A stretch of DNA of 63,747 bases from Octopus bimaculoides (Eukaryota). How positions within the stretch are numbered: the first letter of the stretch is position 1; every line of letters begins with the position of its first letter. Made by a program: the position numbers and the translations under genes. The DNA lies in assembly GCF_001194135.2 (NCBI RefSeq), contig NC_068989.1, forward strand, positions 71,580,419 through 71,644,165, in the 5' to 3' direction. The notes below the pieces were generated by a model. That model was given only the letters and a program-made list of their open reading frames with translations. It searched no databases and was not told where the DNA came from. Of this stretch, positions 11,033 through 23,800 are shown in pieces.

Positions 11033-14000
11033 CTGAAAATAAAGCAAAAATTATAGTAAAAAAAATAAAATAAATAAACGTCACCGAATTAAATCATAAA
11101 ATATTAAACTGCAGAACTTAACGAAATTACTTCCCCTCCAACTAGTATCTCCGATTATTTCCCTTGGATTGACAAAAAAAAAAAGAAGCTGTTTCTGTAA
11201 GATATTTTATGAGGATAAAACTATTTTTTAAAAAAATGTCGCAAAATAATAGTAACAACCATCAATCCTTTTGATAAAATTAATTTACGACATCTATTTA
11301 ATTCTAAAGCGCTGCTTTAAAATTATTTTGAAATGACAATCACTACGGAGAACATACGTATATAATAACCGCCCTAAGTGGGGTAATCTCACGTTCTTTC
11401 AGTTGGACTGTTTATAACAATAGTCGTTATCAAAAATTTCAGTTAATGAAGGGTTCTAGTATCAAAAAACAAAAAACAAAAAAAAACCCTACTTATATAA
11501 GACCTCTGTAAGGAGAGATTAACATTACACTAATGTAAATATATTATTAAGCAACAGGTTCATTAGCTCTACGATGGCTATGTCAGTGAAGACAGGTGGT
11601 TTAATGGTTAAGGTATTTGGCTCACAATTGTAAGGTAGCGAGTTCGATTCGTAGTGGTGTGTTGTGTCCTTCAGCAAGACACTTTATTTCACATTATTCC
11701 AGTCCACTCAGCTGGCAAAAATGAGTTGTACCTGTAATTCAAAGGGGCCAGCCTTGTCACATTCTGTGTCACGCTGAATCTCACTGAGAACTACGCCTGT
11801 GGAGTTCAACCACTTGCACGTTAATTTCACAAGCAGGCTGTTCCACTGATCAGATCAACTGGAATACTCGTTGTTGTGACCGACAGAGTACCACTTATGT
11901 CAGTGCATACTACAATCTAGTTATTTAAAGAAACACTGTGCAAAAGGGCCAAATAATTACTGAGACACAGTACTTTAAATGAAGCAGTGTCTTAACATTG
12001 TTAGTAACTAAGAAAAAGTTTAAAACTGAGGCAATTAGGTCTAAATATTCAGATATTTACTAAAAAAAAAACGAAAAAAATAGAGCATGAAGTAGAAACA
12101 AGCAGCTACTCCCCAGTAAGTTAAGTGAAATTCTATAGACAGATATTTTATAGATAGAAGTGGGGGTACATATAATGAATTTTGTTTAGAACTTTATGTC
12201 TTCCATTATGTGAAGGAATCTGTGAAGAGGTTTCATGCTATTTTGATGAAATTTCTTGTTAAAGTTCTTTGTTATAAAATTCACAGAAAGTGTGTGTGTG
12301 TATACATTCCCAATGCCCTGTCCATTATAGCAAGACACCTGTTTCTGCTTCTGTCACAAGTTCCCCTCCTCAAATGCCTCTGTCCCTCTCATGATTCCTT
12401 GTCTTGCAAGTTACTTGGTGACCCTGCCAGTGCTGGTGCCATGTAAAAAGCACCCAGTCCACACTGTAAAGAGGTTGGCATTTGGAAGGGCATCCAGTTG
12501 TAAAGATCATGCCAAAACTAACCTCGCTTGTGCTGGTGCCACATAAAAAGCACTGAGTCAACCCTGCAGAGAGATTGGTATTAGGAAGGGCATCCAGCTG
12601 TAAAAACCTTGCCAAAACAGACACAGTAAGCTAGGGTAGTCTTCTACTAGGCCAGCTCCAGTCAACCATCCTAACCACGCATGCATGTAAGTTAAATGAT
12701 GATGATATAAGAACAGATGACAAAAGAATAAACAATTCTCTTAGCTTACAGCTGTTTCCAGTTGTCATCTTATTACTGCATTCAGAGACATACATATATT
12801 GAATTCTGTTGCAATGCCTAAGTGAAATAAATAGTTTGCTGATCCATTAGAGGTAGGATTAACAAAAAAAGTACTCCATCCAGTGGAAGATAAATCTCAT
12901 TTAATATACACAGTATTTAAGTATCAGCCACTAAGAGTTTCATGCAGTGGAGACACAATACTTTGACAGATTTATATAATGTGCTGTGTCTACAAGCTTC
13001 TGTGGATCAGTTGGCATTGGTCTGCGATATTAAGGGAGGATTCTTTGGTAAAGAATTATAAGTTCTGTTTATAAATATTTCCAATTATTTTCTTCTGTAA
13101 TGTGTAAGCATGTCATGGACACCACTTGTGTTCACAATGTCTTATGTTTTAATTAGAAATTCAAAGAACTTTATATCACTTACCCTCCTCCAATGATGAG
13201 AACTGAACTATCGCCAGCCATAAACATGCTAGCAGCATTCCGAGAAATGTCTGGTCGACTGTAACCAATCCAAGGGAACTTCTTCTGTTCTGGTTTTAAT
13301 GTGAAGAGAAAGGTCTCACCGGTTCCAAAATAAGAAATGTTTTTGCTGCTCTGCTTACGGTTAGACCAACTGCTAGAACAGAATGCACCAAATACCTGAA
13401 GGTGGAAGAAAAAATATATAAGTTGGCTTTTTTTTTTTTTATTACTTGTTAAGTGCATTAGCCATGAAATCCCTAAAGGTACTTCAGTTAATGATTTATC
13501 GATTTTGCTGTACAAGGCCACTAATTTTGGAGCAGGGAATGTGGTTAATTTAATAACCCTCACCTCACCTTACCAGGACTTTTGGGCAGCTGGCAAAAGC
13601 TTTACTTTAGTTTGCTGGAATGTTAGGGCTAACTGTTGAAGGTGGTCAGAATTTGTGAAGGATGTGGTTAACTTGTTGGTCAGGGCCAGCTCAACCTATC
13701 CAGAGTTAGTGCCACTGCAAATGCAAGTAGTAAGTTGGGGCACACCCTTAAGTTAAAAGGGTTACACATTTTTTGGAGACAGTAGTGTAGTGAATTGAGA
13801 GTAAGTGCTCTCTAACAATAAAGTGTAACAAAACTTAGTTTAATTGTATACAGCACTGTTTATTTTAAACAAACTTTCTGAGTGTACCACCCTAAATTTT
13901 ACATGGCAGACATATTTATCCATTTCTTCTGAAAACTACACAATACACTTAAGAATATCAGAAAAGTATTACCATTAAAAGGATGATTTATGGTGCCACC

Positions 14001-14729
14001 ATAAATTTTGAAAGTTGTCAGGTTGACAACCATTGAATATTCTTTGTTAGCTCAGACCAGAATGTTTTGAAAATTAACAAAAGAAATGAAACGAGTTTCA
14101 AAATTCGTACCATGTCTGCCAACAGCTCGACAATAGAAGAACCAAATTGCAGTCAGCCAGGAGTCGTTTTAATGATTTGAATACTGATAAATTTTTTTTT
14201 TTTAATGTGGTCGAGACAGTTTAATTATACAACAGCAGAATGGTGCACAATATGAGGAAACATACAGGATACTTAAAAATGTCAGGTCTTAACACAACTC
14301 AGTAGTTTAGACATGACAATATCCAGGGAGACATCCTATGAAATATAGTGACTCTCCTCATCCACTTAGTAGCAATGTTATTCCATTATAAAGCAATTGT
14401 ATTGTGGTTGTACCTCTTCAGTAATGTCAAAGTAGCTATCTTTTTGTCTGTCAAAAGTGTCTTCCATACACATATTTGAAGCCATAAGTATCAGTCTTCG
14501 CACGTGCGCACACACTATTTTGAATTTAAATCTTAGCAGCATTTGGCTTTGACTTTTCCTTTTTTGGCTCATGGTGTTCTCCAACATTATCTCCCATAAA
14601 TCATGAGTTAATTAAAATAATACTTCATTAATCCTTTAGCATTTAAACCAATCATATCTGGCCTAAATATTGTTTTATGTTTTTAAAAAAATGGTCAGAT
14701 CCAGCCTTTCATATCTGTCCTACTATGTC

Positions 14730-14763
<34 letters not shown>

Positions 14764-15855
14764 CAATTACATCATCAAAATCTCAAAGCTACGAGATGAT
14801 TGATTAATGGTTAGTTGAAAATAATGTGAATAAATAAGCCTTACATTCAGAGCATTCTGAATGTTAAAGGGTTAAACTAATGTCTTTTTTTCTCCATCAC
14901 ACTAATTCTAATTAGATTCTTAATTCTCACTACATTAAATATGCTGACAACAATTTTGTTATTTGACCAACTGGTTCGAGCATATGTAAAAACGATGTCC
15001 TTTGTAGTAGAATGAAGAATGTGCTGCAAAAAAAACTTTGTAAGAATCCAGGTATAGATGAGTAAACCATAAGGTAAATCATCATTATCATTGTTTAACT
15101 CTTTAGTATTCAAATCAGCCATATCAGACTCAAACATTCTAGCTTGTTTCATGTTCAAACTAGCCAGATTCAGCCTCTTACACTTATCCTACAAAGTCAT
15201 TCTAAGAATATACCACATCATCATCAAAATCTCAAAGCCACAAGATAATACTTGATTAATTCAAAACAATGTGAATAAGCATTACATTTGACAGAGTAAT
15301 CTAAATGCTAAAGGGTTAACATCCATTCCCCATGCTGGCATAGGTTGGACAGTTTGACAGGAACTGTCAAACCAGAAGATTGTGCTAAGGTCCAGTGTGT
15401 GTGCGTGTGTTTTGGTATAATCAAAAATATACCCTATAATTATACTGTAGTACCAATTCCAAAATCTGAAAAATTCTGAACTCCAAAACATGCCTGGTCC
15501 CAAGGGTGTCAAGCTAAGTGAATGTTTATAAGATAGTAGTTATTATTACAGGATGTTACCCTGCGCTCTCGTGGAATCAATGAAAGAACTATGTGGTCGC
15601 ACAACTTGCTAGAAATAGCAACAAAAAAAAATTGTCCTTAAATTATATGCTACTATCACAAGGTCACAACTTGAATACCTTTCATTAGGTTTGCTTGGTA
15701 GGTACTGAACTGAGGGTTAAACAACAACAGCTCCTGTTTTCTTACACTCTACTAACCTAAATTAGCTGAACTCCAAGAAACTAAAAAGCTTAATCCACAA
15801 GTTATGTATTAGTAATGCCCTTCCTTCACACACATACTTTAGATACCACAATTAG

Positions 15856-15886
<31 letters not shown>

Positions 15887-18039
15887 CTACACGTGTATAA
15901 GGGATGACCACTAGGTGGATATCCAATATGCTAGAAAGATCATCAACAACCCAACCACAAAGAAAAATAATATTCTCTGGAGAACATTATTTTTCTTTGT
16001 GGATGTCCACCTAGTGGTCATCCCTTATACACGTGTAGTACAATTTTTTCTGAATTTTCAGATTTTTTATATGCTAGGTCACTTGGTTTTAAATTGAATT
16101 AATATTCAATTTATCACCTTATATATATAAATAATATATATATATAAATATATAATTACCTCATCGGTTAAAGTCTTTATAACAATGATTGTTGGTTCGT
16201 ATTCTTCTGTCATAACATAAAGCGTCCTTAAGCTCACGCCATGTTCTTCTGATGTGTAGAGCAGTTTAGGCTGGCAAACAGCTGATCGAGCTGGCAACCA
16301 ACTCCATATAACATAGAACTGAAAACAATAAGAAAACAAAGAGAAACATGAAAATCAAACAGCTTTGTATCAACTTTATACAGTTGTCAATAATTAAAGA
16401 TTTTAATCGAGCTCTCATTCAGCATGGCTAAATAGTCACAAAGTTTGTTTTATAAATCACAAGTTCTTAGGTTCAATTCCTCAGTGTTCAGCTTGGACAA
16501 GTGCCTGTTAACAATAGAGCATCAAGTCAATCCAAGCTTGATAAGTGAAGGTGGGTAGATGGAAACTGTGCAGAAGGGTTGTCTGACTTAAAGATCCAGT
16601 TTTGACACATTCTTTGCGATACCAATTGTACCTGAGGATTATATGACAAGGTAAACATATCTGTGGTGTACTCAGCCACTTACTAATTCGATGAGAAGGT
16701 AGTTAAGTTGATCAAACAATTGAATATTCATTACAGAAAACACTGGAGAATAATTTAGTTTTAGGCCTTAAATTAATTCAAATATAAAATTATGATTAGA
16801 ATTTTAAAATTTATTATTACTCAAAACATACTTGAAAGAACTTTCAACTAAGAGCTGCTAGTTTGAAGTTGGTGGTGATCTCCATCATTTGACTATGAAA
16901 ATTTGTTTTAATCTACTGAATTACCAATGAATGCTTAGTGGAACTAGTTCTTAGACAGAACCAGTGTGACCCATGTATAAGGCAAGGCTGCACCTTTTAA
17001 ATTACAGCTACAATCTACCTGATGGGCTTCTATACACTTTCTGTCTCCATTATTTTCCTCACAAGGTGTGGATTGATCTGAAGCTATAGAAAATGACATT
17101 TGCCAAAGACTGTGTAGAGGGACTAAAACCAGAACATGATGGTTGTGAAACGAACTTAACCATTTAGTATTCGTTGGAAAGATGCAATATAGCTAAGTCC
17201 TTATAATAGAAAAAGAGAAAATGACAAAAGCACCATTCAAAGACAAAAATCAATACTGGCAATTTTTTAAAATTTAATTTTCTCACCACATAATTCTCAT
17301 TAGTTACTTTTATCTTCTACTTGTTTCAGTCACTGGGCTGTGGCCATGTTGGGGCACTGCCTTGAAAGATTATAGTCAAATGAATCGACCACAGTACTTA
17401 TCTTTTAAAACCTGGTACTTATTCCATCAGTCTCATGTCGAACCACAAAATTACAGGGACATAAACATAAATGTATATGATTACAATGGAATTCTTTCAG
17501 TTTAAATCCAACCACAAGGGTTTGGTCAGCTCAGAGTTAAAGTAGAAGACAACTTGCCTAAGGGACTATGCAGTGGGACTGAACCCACAGCCATGTGGTT
17601 GGTAAGCAAACTTTTTACCATTCTGTCATGCAAGCACTTATATGGAGATGCTTTTCTGAGTGGGCATGAACTATCAAACCACTTGGTGAATAGCCAAACA
17701 CACAGTTGAATGGCTCAAACATTAAGTGCTTAACTTACCTGAAATGATCTCTCAATCTGTCACAAAAATGCCTGTTTGCATTCAAATTAAAATTTTCCAT
17801 AATAATCTAATAATTTAACAAAGCAGCTTTTGTTATGTTCTAATGACAAAGCTAGTTATGGAATAAAATCCTTACCAATTCTTATTCACTTTATCTTAAT
17901 TGATCTACATAAATAGAGTCTTAACAGAAATATGATCACAAAAGGGTCAATGTATGCTAATGCTAATTTACATAGTTGTCAAAATCAATATTAGGTCAAC
18001 CAATCAAAATTTCAATTTATTTTCATATATGATTACAGC

Positions 18040-18082
<43 letters not shown>

Positions 18083-19088
18083 GATTAAGAAGCTTAAGCT
18101 TGCTTTGCAACAATGTGGTTTCAGGTTCACTCCTACTGCACAACACAAGTAGGTGTCTTCTACTATGGTTCCAGGTTGAGCAAGGTTTTGTGATGGAAAC
18201 TGTGAAAACCCGCCATTTACATATATCTATGTTGGTGTGTCTTGATGTGTTTGTCCCTCCACCCCCAGCCTGATAGCTGGTGTTGGTCTGTTGACATCCC
18301 TGTAACTTAGCAGTTCAGCAAAAGAATGATAGAATAAGTACCAGACTTTAAAAAGTAAGTGCTGGTAATGATTTGTTCGACTAAAAACCCTTCATGGCAG
18401 TGCTCCAGCATGACCACAGTCCAAAGACTAAAACAAATAAAAGACATAGAAAGAAAAAAGATAAGCTAACACTGACAACAATGTCAGGACAATGGCAGGT
18501 GGTGAACACCAGGAATTTATCCATTAACCACCAGGTACGAGTGACAAAAGTATAAAAGGGCAAAGTTGAGATTATGATATAAGGTAAGAACTTAGAACCA
18601 TTTAATAAAACAATATTCCAAAAAAATGGTGCAAAACAATAAATGCATAAATAAACATTTATGGTTCGAGCAATTTTTTCATCAGAACAAAATAATTCAT
18701 TAGAAACTTTACAAGTAAGAAACTGTTGCACCACCATACATATCTGTCTATCTACTTACCTATCTTTATGTATACATACATGTCACAAAAGACAAACATA
18801 AATTGGTAGACAAATGCAAATCAAATTATATTTAAACTCTTGTCAATGACTACATAGAAATGATTGTTAGTGGGTGTGTATACACACACACACACACACA
18901 CACACAGGGGCATAGTTGCCTGGTTAAGAAGTTTGTTTCTCAACCATGTTTCCAAATTCGGTCTGTAAAACATCTTGGCCAATTGCCATCTACTATAGTC
19001 CCAGGCCAACACAATCCTTGAGTGAATTTGATAGAAACTGGAAGAAGTCTGGCATTCATGCATAGAATTGTTATGCCTAAATCATCAT

Positions 19089-19122
<34 letters not shown>

Positions 19123-20861
19123 TATATATGTGGTGGGAGAGAGAGATGTTTAGTGTATTGGAAGTTGGCAGTCTGCTTGGAGTTCCATCCCAAGCTAGGC
19201 TGTTCATCACAATTGCAAACATCTCAACCAAGTGTGAATAAACATCTATCCATTCTACCCAATACATTGAGGTCTATATCAGACAATGTATGCACTATAG
19301 AAAATGTACTTTAATAGTTTAGAATCTTTATATTACAATATATATATGAAGGTGTGTGGCTTTGTGGTTAGGGTTTTCAGCCCATGATCATAAGGTCACG
19401 AGTTCAATACCTGGCCACATGTGCCCTTGAGCAAGATGCTTTATTTCATGTTGCTACAATCCACTTGGCAGACAAAAATGAGTAGTACCCAGGTTTCAAA
19501 GGGCCAGCCTTGTCGCAAGCTGTGTCATGTTGAATCTCTTCGAGAGCTACATTAAAGGTACGCTTGTCTGTGGAGTACTCAGCTACTTGCATGTTAATTT
19601 CACGAGCAGGCTGTTCTGTTGATTGGATCAACTAGGGTCCTCGTTGTTGTAACCTAAGGAGTGCCAGTTATATAAAACTGAAGTTACTCTTTAATTGTAT
19701 TTTGTTTCTAGAAGGAAAAAATGGAATGATTCATAACATTTCAAGTTACCTTTATACTTTACTAACATAAATATACATAGATTTTTAACCATTTTATATG
19801 TTATCAGAATCATCCAGTGAAGATGAATTAGGCTGTAGAGAAAGAATAAAAAATATTACCCAAACAGTTTTAACCCACAAAATAAAAATAAGATAATATA
19901 TATTTTGAAGTGTTCCATTAAAGAATCTTGAGCCCGAAAGTAAAGGAAGAAAACTTGAAGGCAAATGATAGACAGGAAACAAGAATAGTAAATCTCTGCT
20001 GCCTCGTAAAGCTTCCTGTAACATTGCACCAATGAAAAAAGACATTTTATACCTTTTCCATATACATGATACATACTTCTGTGTACAAGCAGGAGTAAAA
20101 TTACTCAATGTGTGTAATAGAGTTTATTGAGCTGTTTGAAGCTGATGAGGGTTCACTACTACAATACTTCTTGCTTTTGCACTTCTCCCTCACTCCTGAA
20201 CAAATGTGCAATCATGAGAAACTGAAGAATAGGAGCTGATTAAAATCAGCTCGCTTCAAATGAATACATGCACATACACATGCATTATTTATACAATATT
20301 ATAAATTTAGTCTCATAACAGCCAATTCATGTTAAAGAACCTTCCAAGTGTAAAAAGACAATTTAACAAGCATTAAACACGGCTGAATGGAAGAGCGTAG
20401 CTTGATCTACTCTCTTCCATTCAGGATGGAAATAAAGTTTCTTCCTGAGTCATATAGACACACAGGGATATTTCCTGGATTCTTTGGTGTATAAAGTCCC
20501 CACTGGACAGGGCACCAGTCCATCACAAGAACACTCGCTTTTTTGCCAGCTGAGTGAACTAGACCAATGTGAAATGAAGCGTTTTGATCAAGAACACAAC
20601 ACATCATGCGGTCCAAGAATCACCTTCCATTCAGAACCTGAGCTATATTCTCCCATTCAGCCATGTCTGATTATTGTTAATTTACCTTTTCACATCTGGA
20701 AGGTCCTTCAACACGAAACCATTTGTTAACATGAATTGGCTTTTATGAAACTAAATTTATAAAATTGTATAAATAATATGCCCACTCTATTACCTAATAT
20801 ATTAATGCCTGTTGTACATTGGCTTATGACAACTTATTGGGGCAACTATGTGTGTGTGTTT

Positions 20862-20892
<31 letters not shown>

Positions 20893-23800
20893 AAGAGAGA
20901 GAGATCTTGGCTTACCCTTTTAGCAGTATTCTTTTGTTGATACACATAGCATGTAAAGCAGCAATGGCTATATTGCAGTTATGAATATTATTACAGGTAG
21001 GGAGTACTTGAATAGAATTTGTAAAGCTATGGCTATATGGTTAAACAGTCTGCTTAACCTCATAGCTTCAGGTTCAGTCCCTGCACCAACCAGTATCTTG
21101 TGAGTAAATTTGGCAGTCAGAAACTGAACAGAAAACCTGTGTGTGTGTGTGTGAGAGATTTTGTCTTCCACTACTTGACAGTGTTAGTCTGTTCATGTCA
21201 AAAAGAGACTGAATAAATACCAGACTTTAAATTCAAATAAGTGCTAAAAGAATACAGAGAATGATTTAATTCTGTTTTTAATAATCAGTGGAAGAAGAAA
21301 ATATTTTTGATTCTAATTCTAAGGCTCAAAGATATAAATCAAACATTTTGGTCTTATCAAAGACATTTTTGTTGATGCGTTACTCTTAAATTTGTACATC
21401 ATTATCATCATCAATGGTTTGATATCCATTTCTCATGCTCGCATTGAATTTTTTGAGCTAGACTGTCTACGGCAGGATGTCCATTCTACTACCAACCTTC
21501 ACTTGTTTCCAATACAAAAATAACCTTTCCCAATGGCCTGGACATATTTTCACAGAACACTGTAAATGAGGGACACTACTTCCATAGAAAATATCCCAAA
21601 AGTTTCATCTGATCCATACAAGCATGAATAAGTAGATTTTAAAATAACAATGCTTTCATGCTTCAAAGTGTGTTTCAAGTTCATTTTTACATTTTGAAGC
21701 ATTTGATACCATTATTTGAAGAAAACGTCACATGGACCCAATTTGCTTCTATTTCCTCCTATACAAGGTTCTGAGGCTTGTACACTGTATACATCTATTT
21801 GTTCATAGGCCAGATGGAATTTGTTAATCCTTTAACATTTAAACCAGGCATATCCAGCCCAAATATACCACCTGTTTTATGTTCAAACTGACCAGATTTG
21901 GCTTCATTCACCTACTCTATGTCATTCTAAAAATAAATTATCACTGTCAAAATACTGAAGCTGTGCAATAATGTATGATTAGATTTAAAACAAACATTTG
22001 TAAATATGCATTACGTTTGACAGAAAAATCTGAATGCTAAATGGTTAAGACAGATTTTCTGACCTGATGCCCTACCCGTCACCAATTTTCAAGCTAGGAA
22101 ACACTTTCCCAAGGATGACTGGAAAACGAGCAACATCACATTTATGATAGATTTGCTCATTTACAATCATCAGATGGTATCAAGACAAAGATACATACAT
22201 ACATGAACTTCTTTCAGTTTCTGCCAAACCCACTCAAAATGCTTTAGTCAACTTGGAACTATAGCAAAAGACACTTGCCCAAGGAGCTGAACCCAAGTCC
22301 ACATAATTGGGAAGAAAGCTTCCGAATTGCATAGCTATACTTGTGTCTCATAATTATTAAAAATTCTCTTATCAGTTAAGATACTGTGAGGTGTCAACAT
22401 TTTTTGTGACCATATTTCCAAGATATGTAAACAGCACAGTTCCAGATACGTGAATAATACTCCAATGCGAGTTGCGTTTCAGTTAATCTTAACAGAAAGG
22501 CTATCAACTAATTGATGCTGGTATATTTTATAGCTTTCTCATTTGATTAATTAATTAAAACAAAATATTTCCAGTGTGTGTGAGAGTGAGTGAATGTGTG
22601 TAACAACTGCTAGTCGTTGCTGGTGTTGAACTGGGAAGAAGTAGAGATGACAGATGAATGGCAGGGAGAAAAGGAATCTTGAGCTTAGTAGCTTAAGTCT
22701 TTGTTGGTGTTCAGATAAGAAAAGTGAGTTGCAATGAGAGTGGAGTCTATGTAAAGGTGAACATTTCAAAAGCAAACTGGTAAATGAGCATAACGTGGAC
22801 AATACAATGTATTGTATAGACCGGACTGTGTAAGCTGGACACTATAATATAGTGTAAAAGGACAGCTTAATTACAGAGTGCAGCACCAACAACAGTATAG
22901 AGAATAGACTGGGCAACAGTGATGAGTATATTCTGACAGCATAATATAGTTAGCTTGGATAACAATATAGAGTGCAGACAGGAAAGCAGTAGAGGGCAAC
23001 TTGGACAGCATAATGTAGTGTAGCCTGTACAGTATAATACAGTTTAGCCTCAATGGCATAATATAGAATGTGGGTAAAGCAGTGCAGAATGAAGGAGAGA
23101 GAGACAGAGTAATGTAGCATAAGGAGAGAAGGAAGAGTGGCTATTTAGAGAGAAGAACAAAATGTTTATGTTACATAAGAAACAGGAAACCAAAAGTCAT
23201 AAAGGTCAAGATAGAAAAGCAAATAGGTAAAAAAAGAAACAAAAAAAGACATGTAATATGAAGTTGACCCCATTAACACAGAAAGGTGTTTAGAAGATTA
23301 GACACCAGATTAAGTACTTTGTGCAGATTTATAATATCTATTTTGATATATTTCAAAAGGTGAGGTACTGGTGGTAGGAGAGAAAGGGGCTCTTAATTTT
23401 GTTTTATTTTAACTTGTTTTCACAACTTAATTTGTTTATTATTATTATTATTGAACCAGTTTTTGAGAACAGGGAGCCAGAAACAGCACATCTAAAGTGG
23501 TTATTGTTAAGCTTCAGGTCTGTAAATAGCAGTGAAACCATTCAGTTTTCATGACGATGATGATGATGATCATCATCCCAAGCTACCATAAAAGCCCCCA
23601 TGGGCCCTCATTTTGTTGAGTGGCTAAATACCTCGAGACACTTGACCATGTAATTGTTGGTTTTATTCATTCATTCAGATGTTACAAAGCAATGGTTACT
23701 TTATTCCTTCTTTCCTTTTATTTGCTTCAGTCATTTGATTGTGGCCATGCTGGAGCACTGCCTTAAAGAGCTTTAGTCAAAGGCACTGACCCCAGGACTT

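Noticed and set aside
18740-18775. TAG|GTAAGT donor-like site in intron 6
   Set aside because: No plausible acceptor, and it lies in TATC/TG low-complexity sequence.
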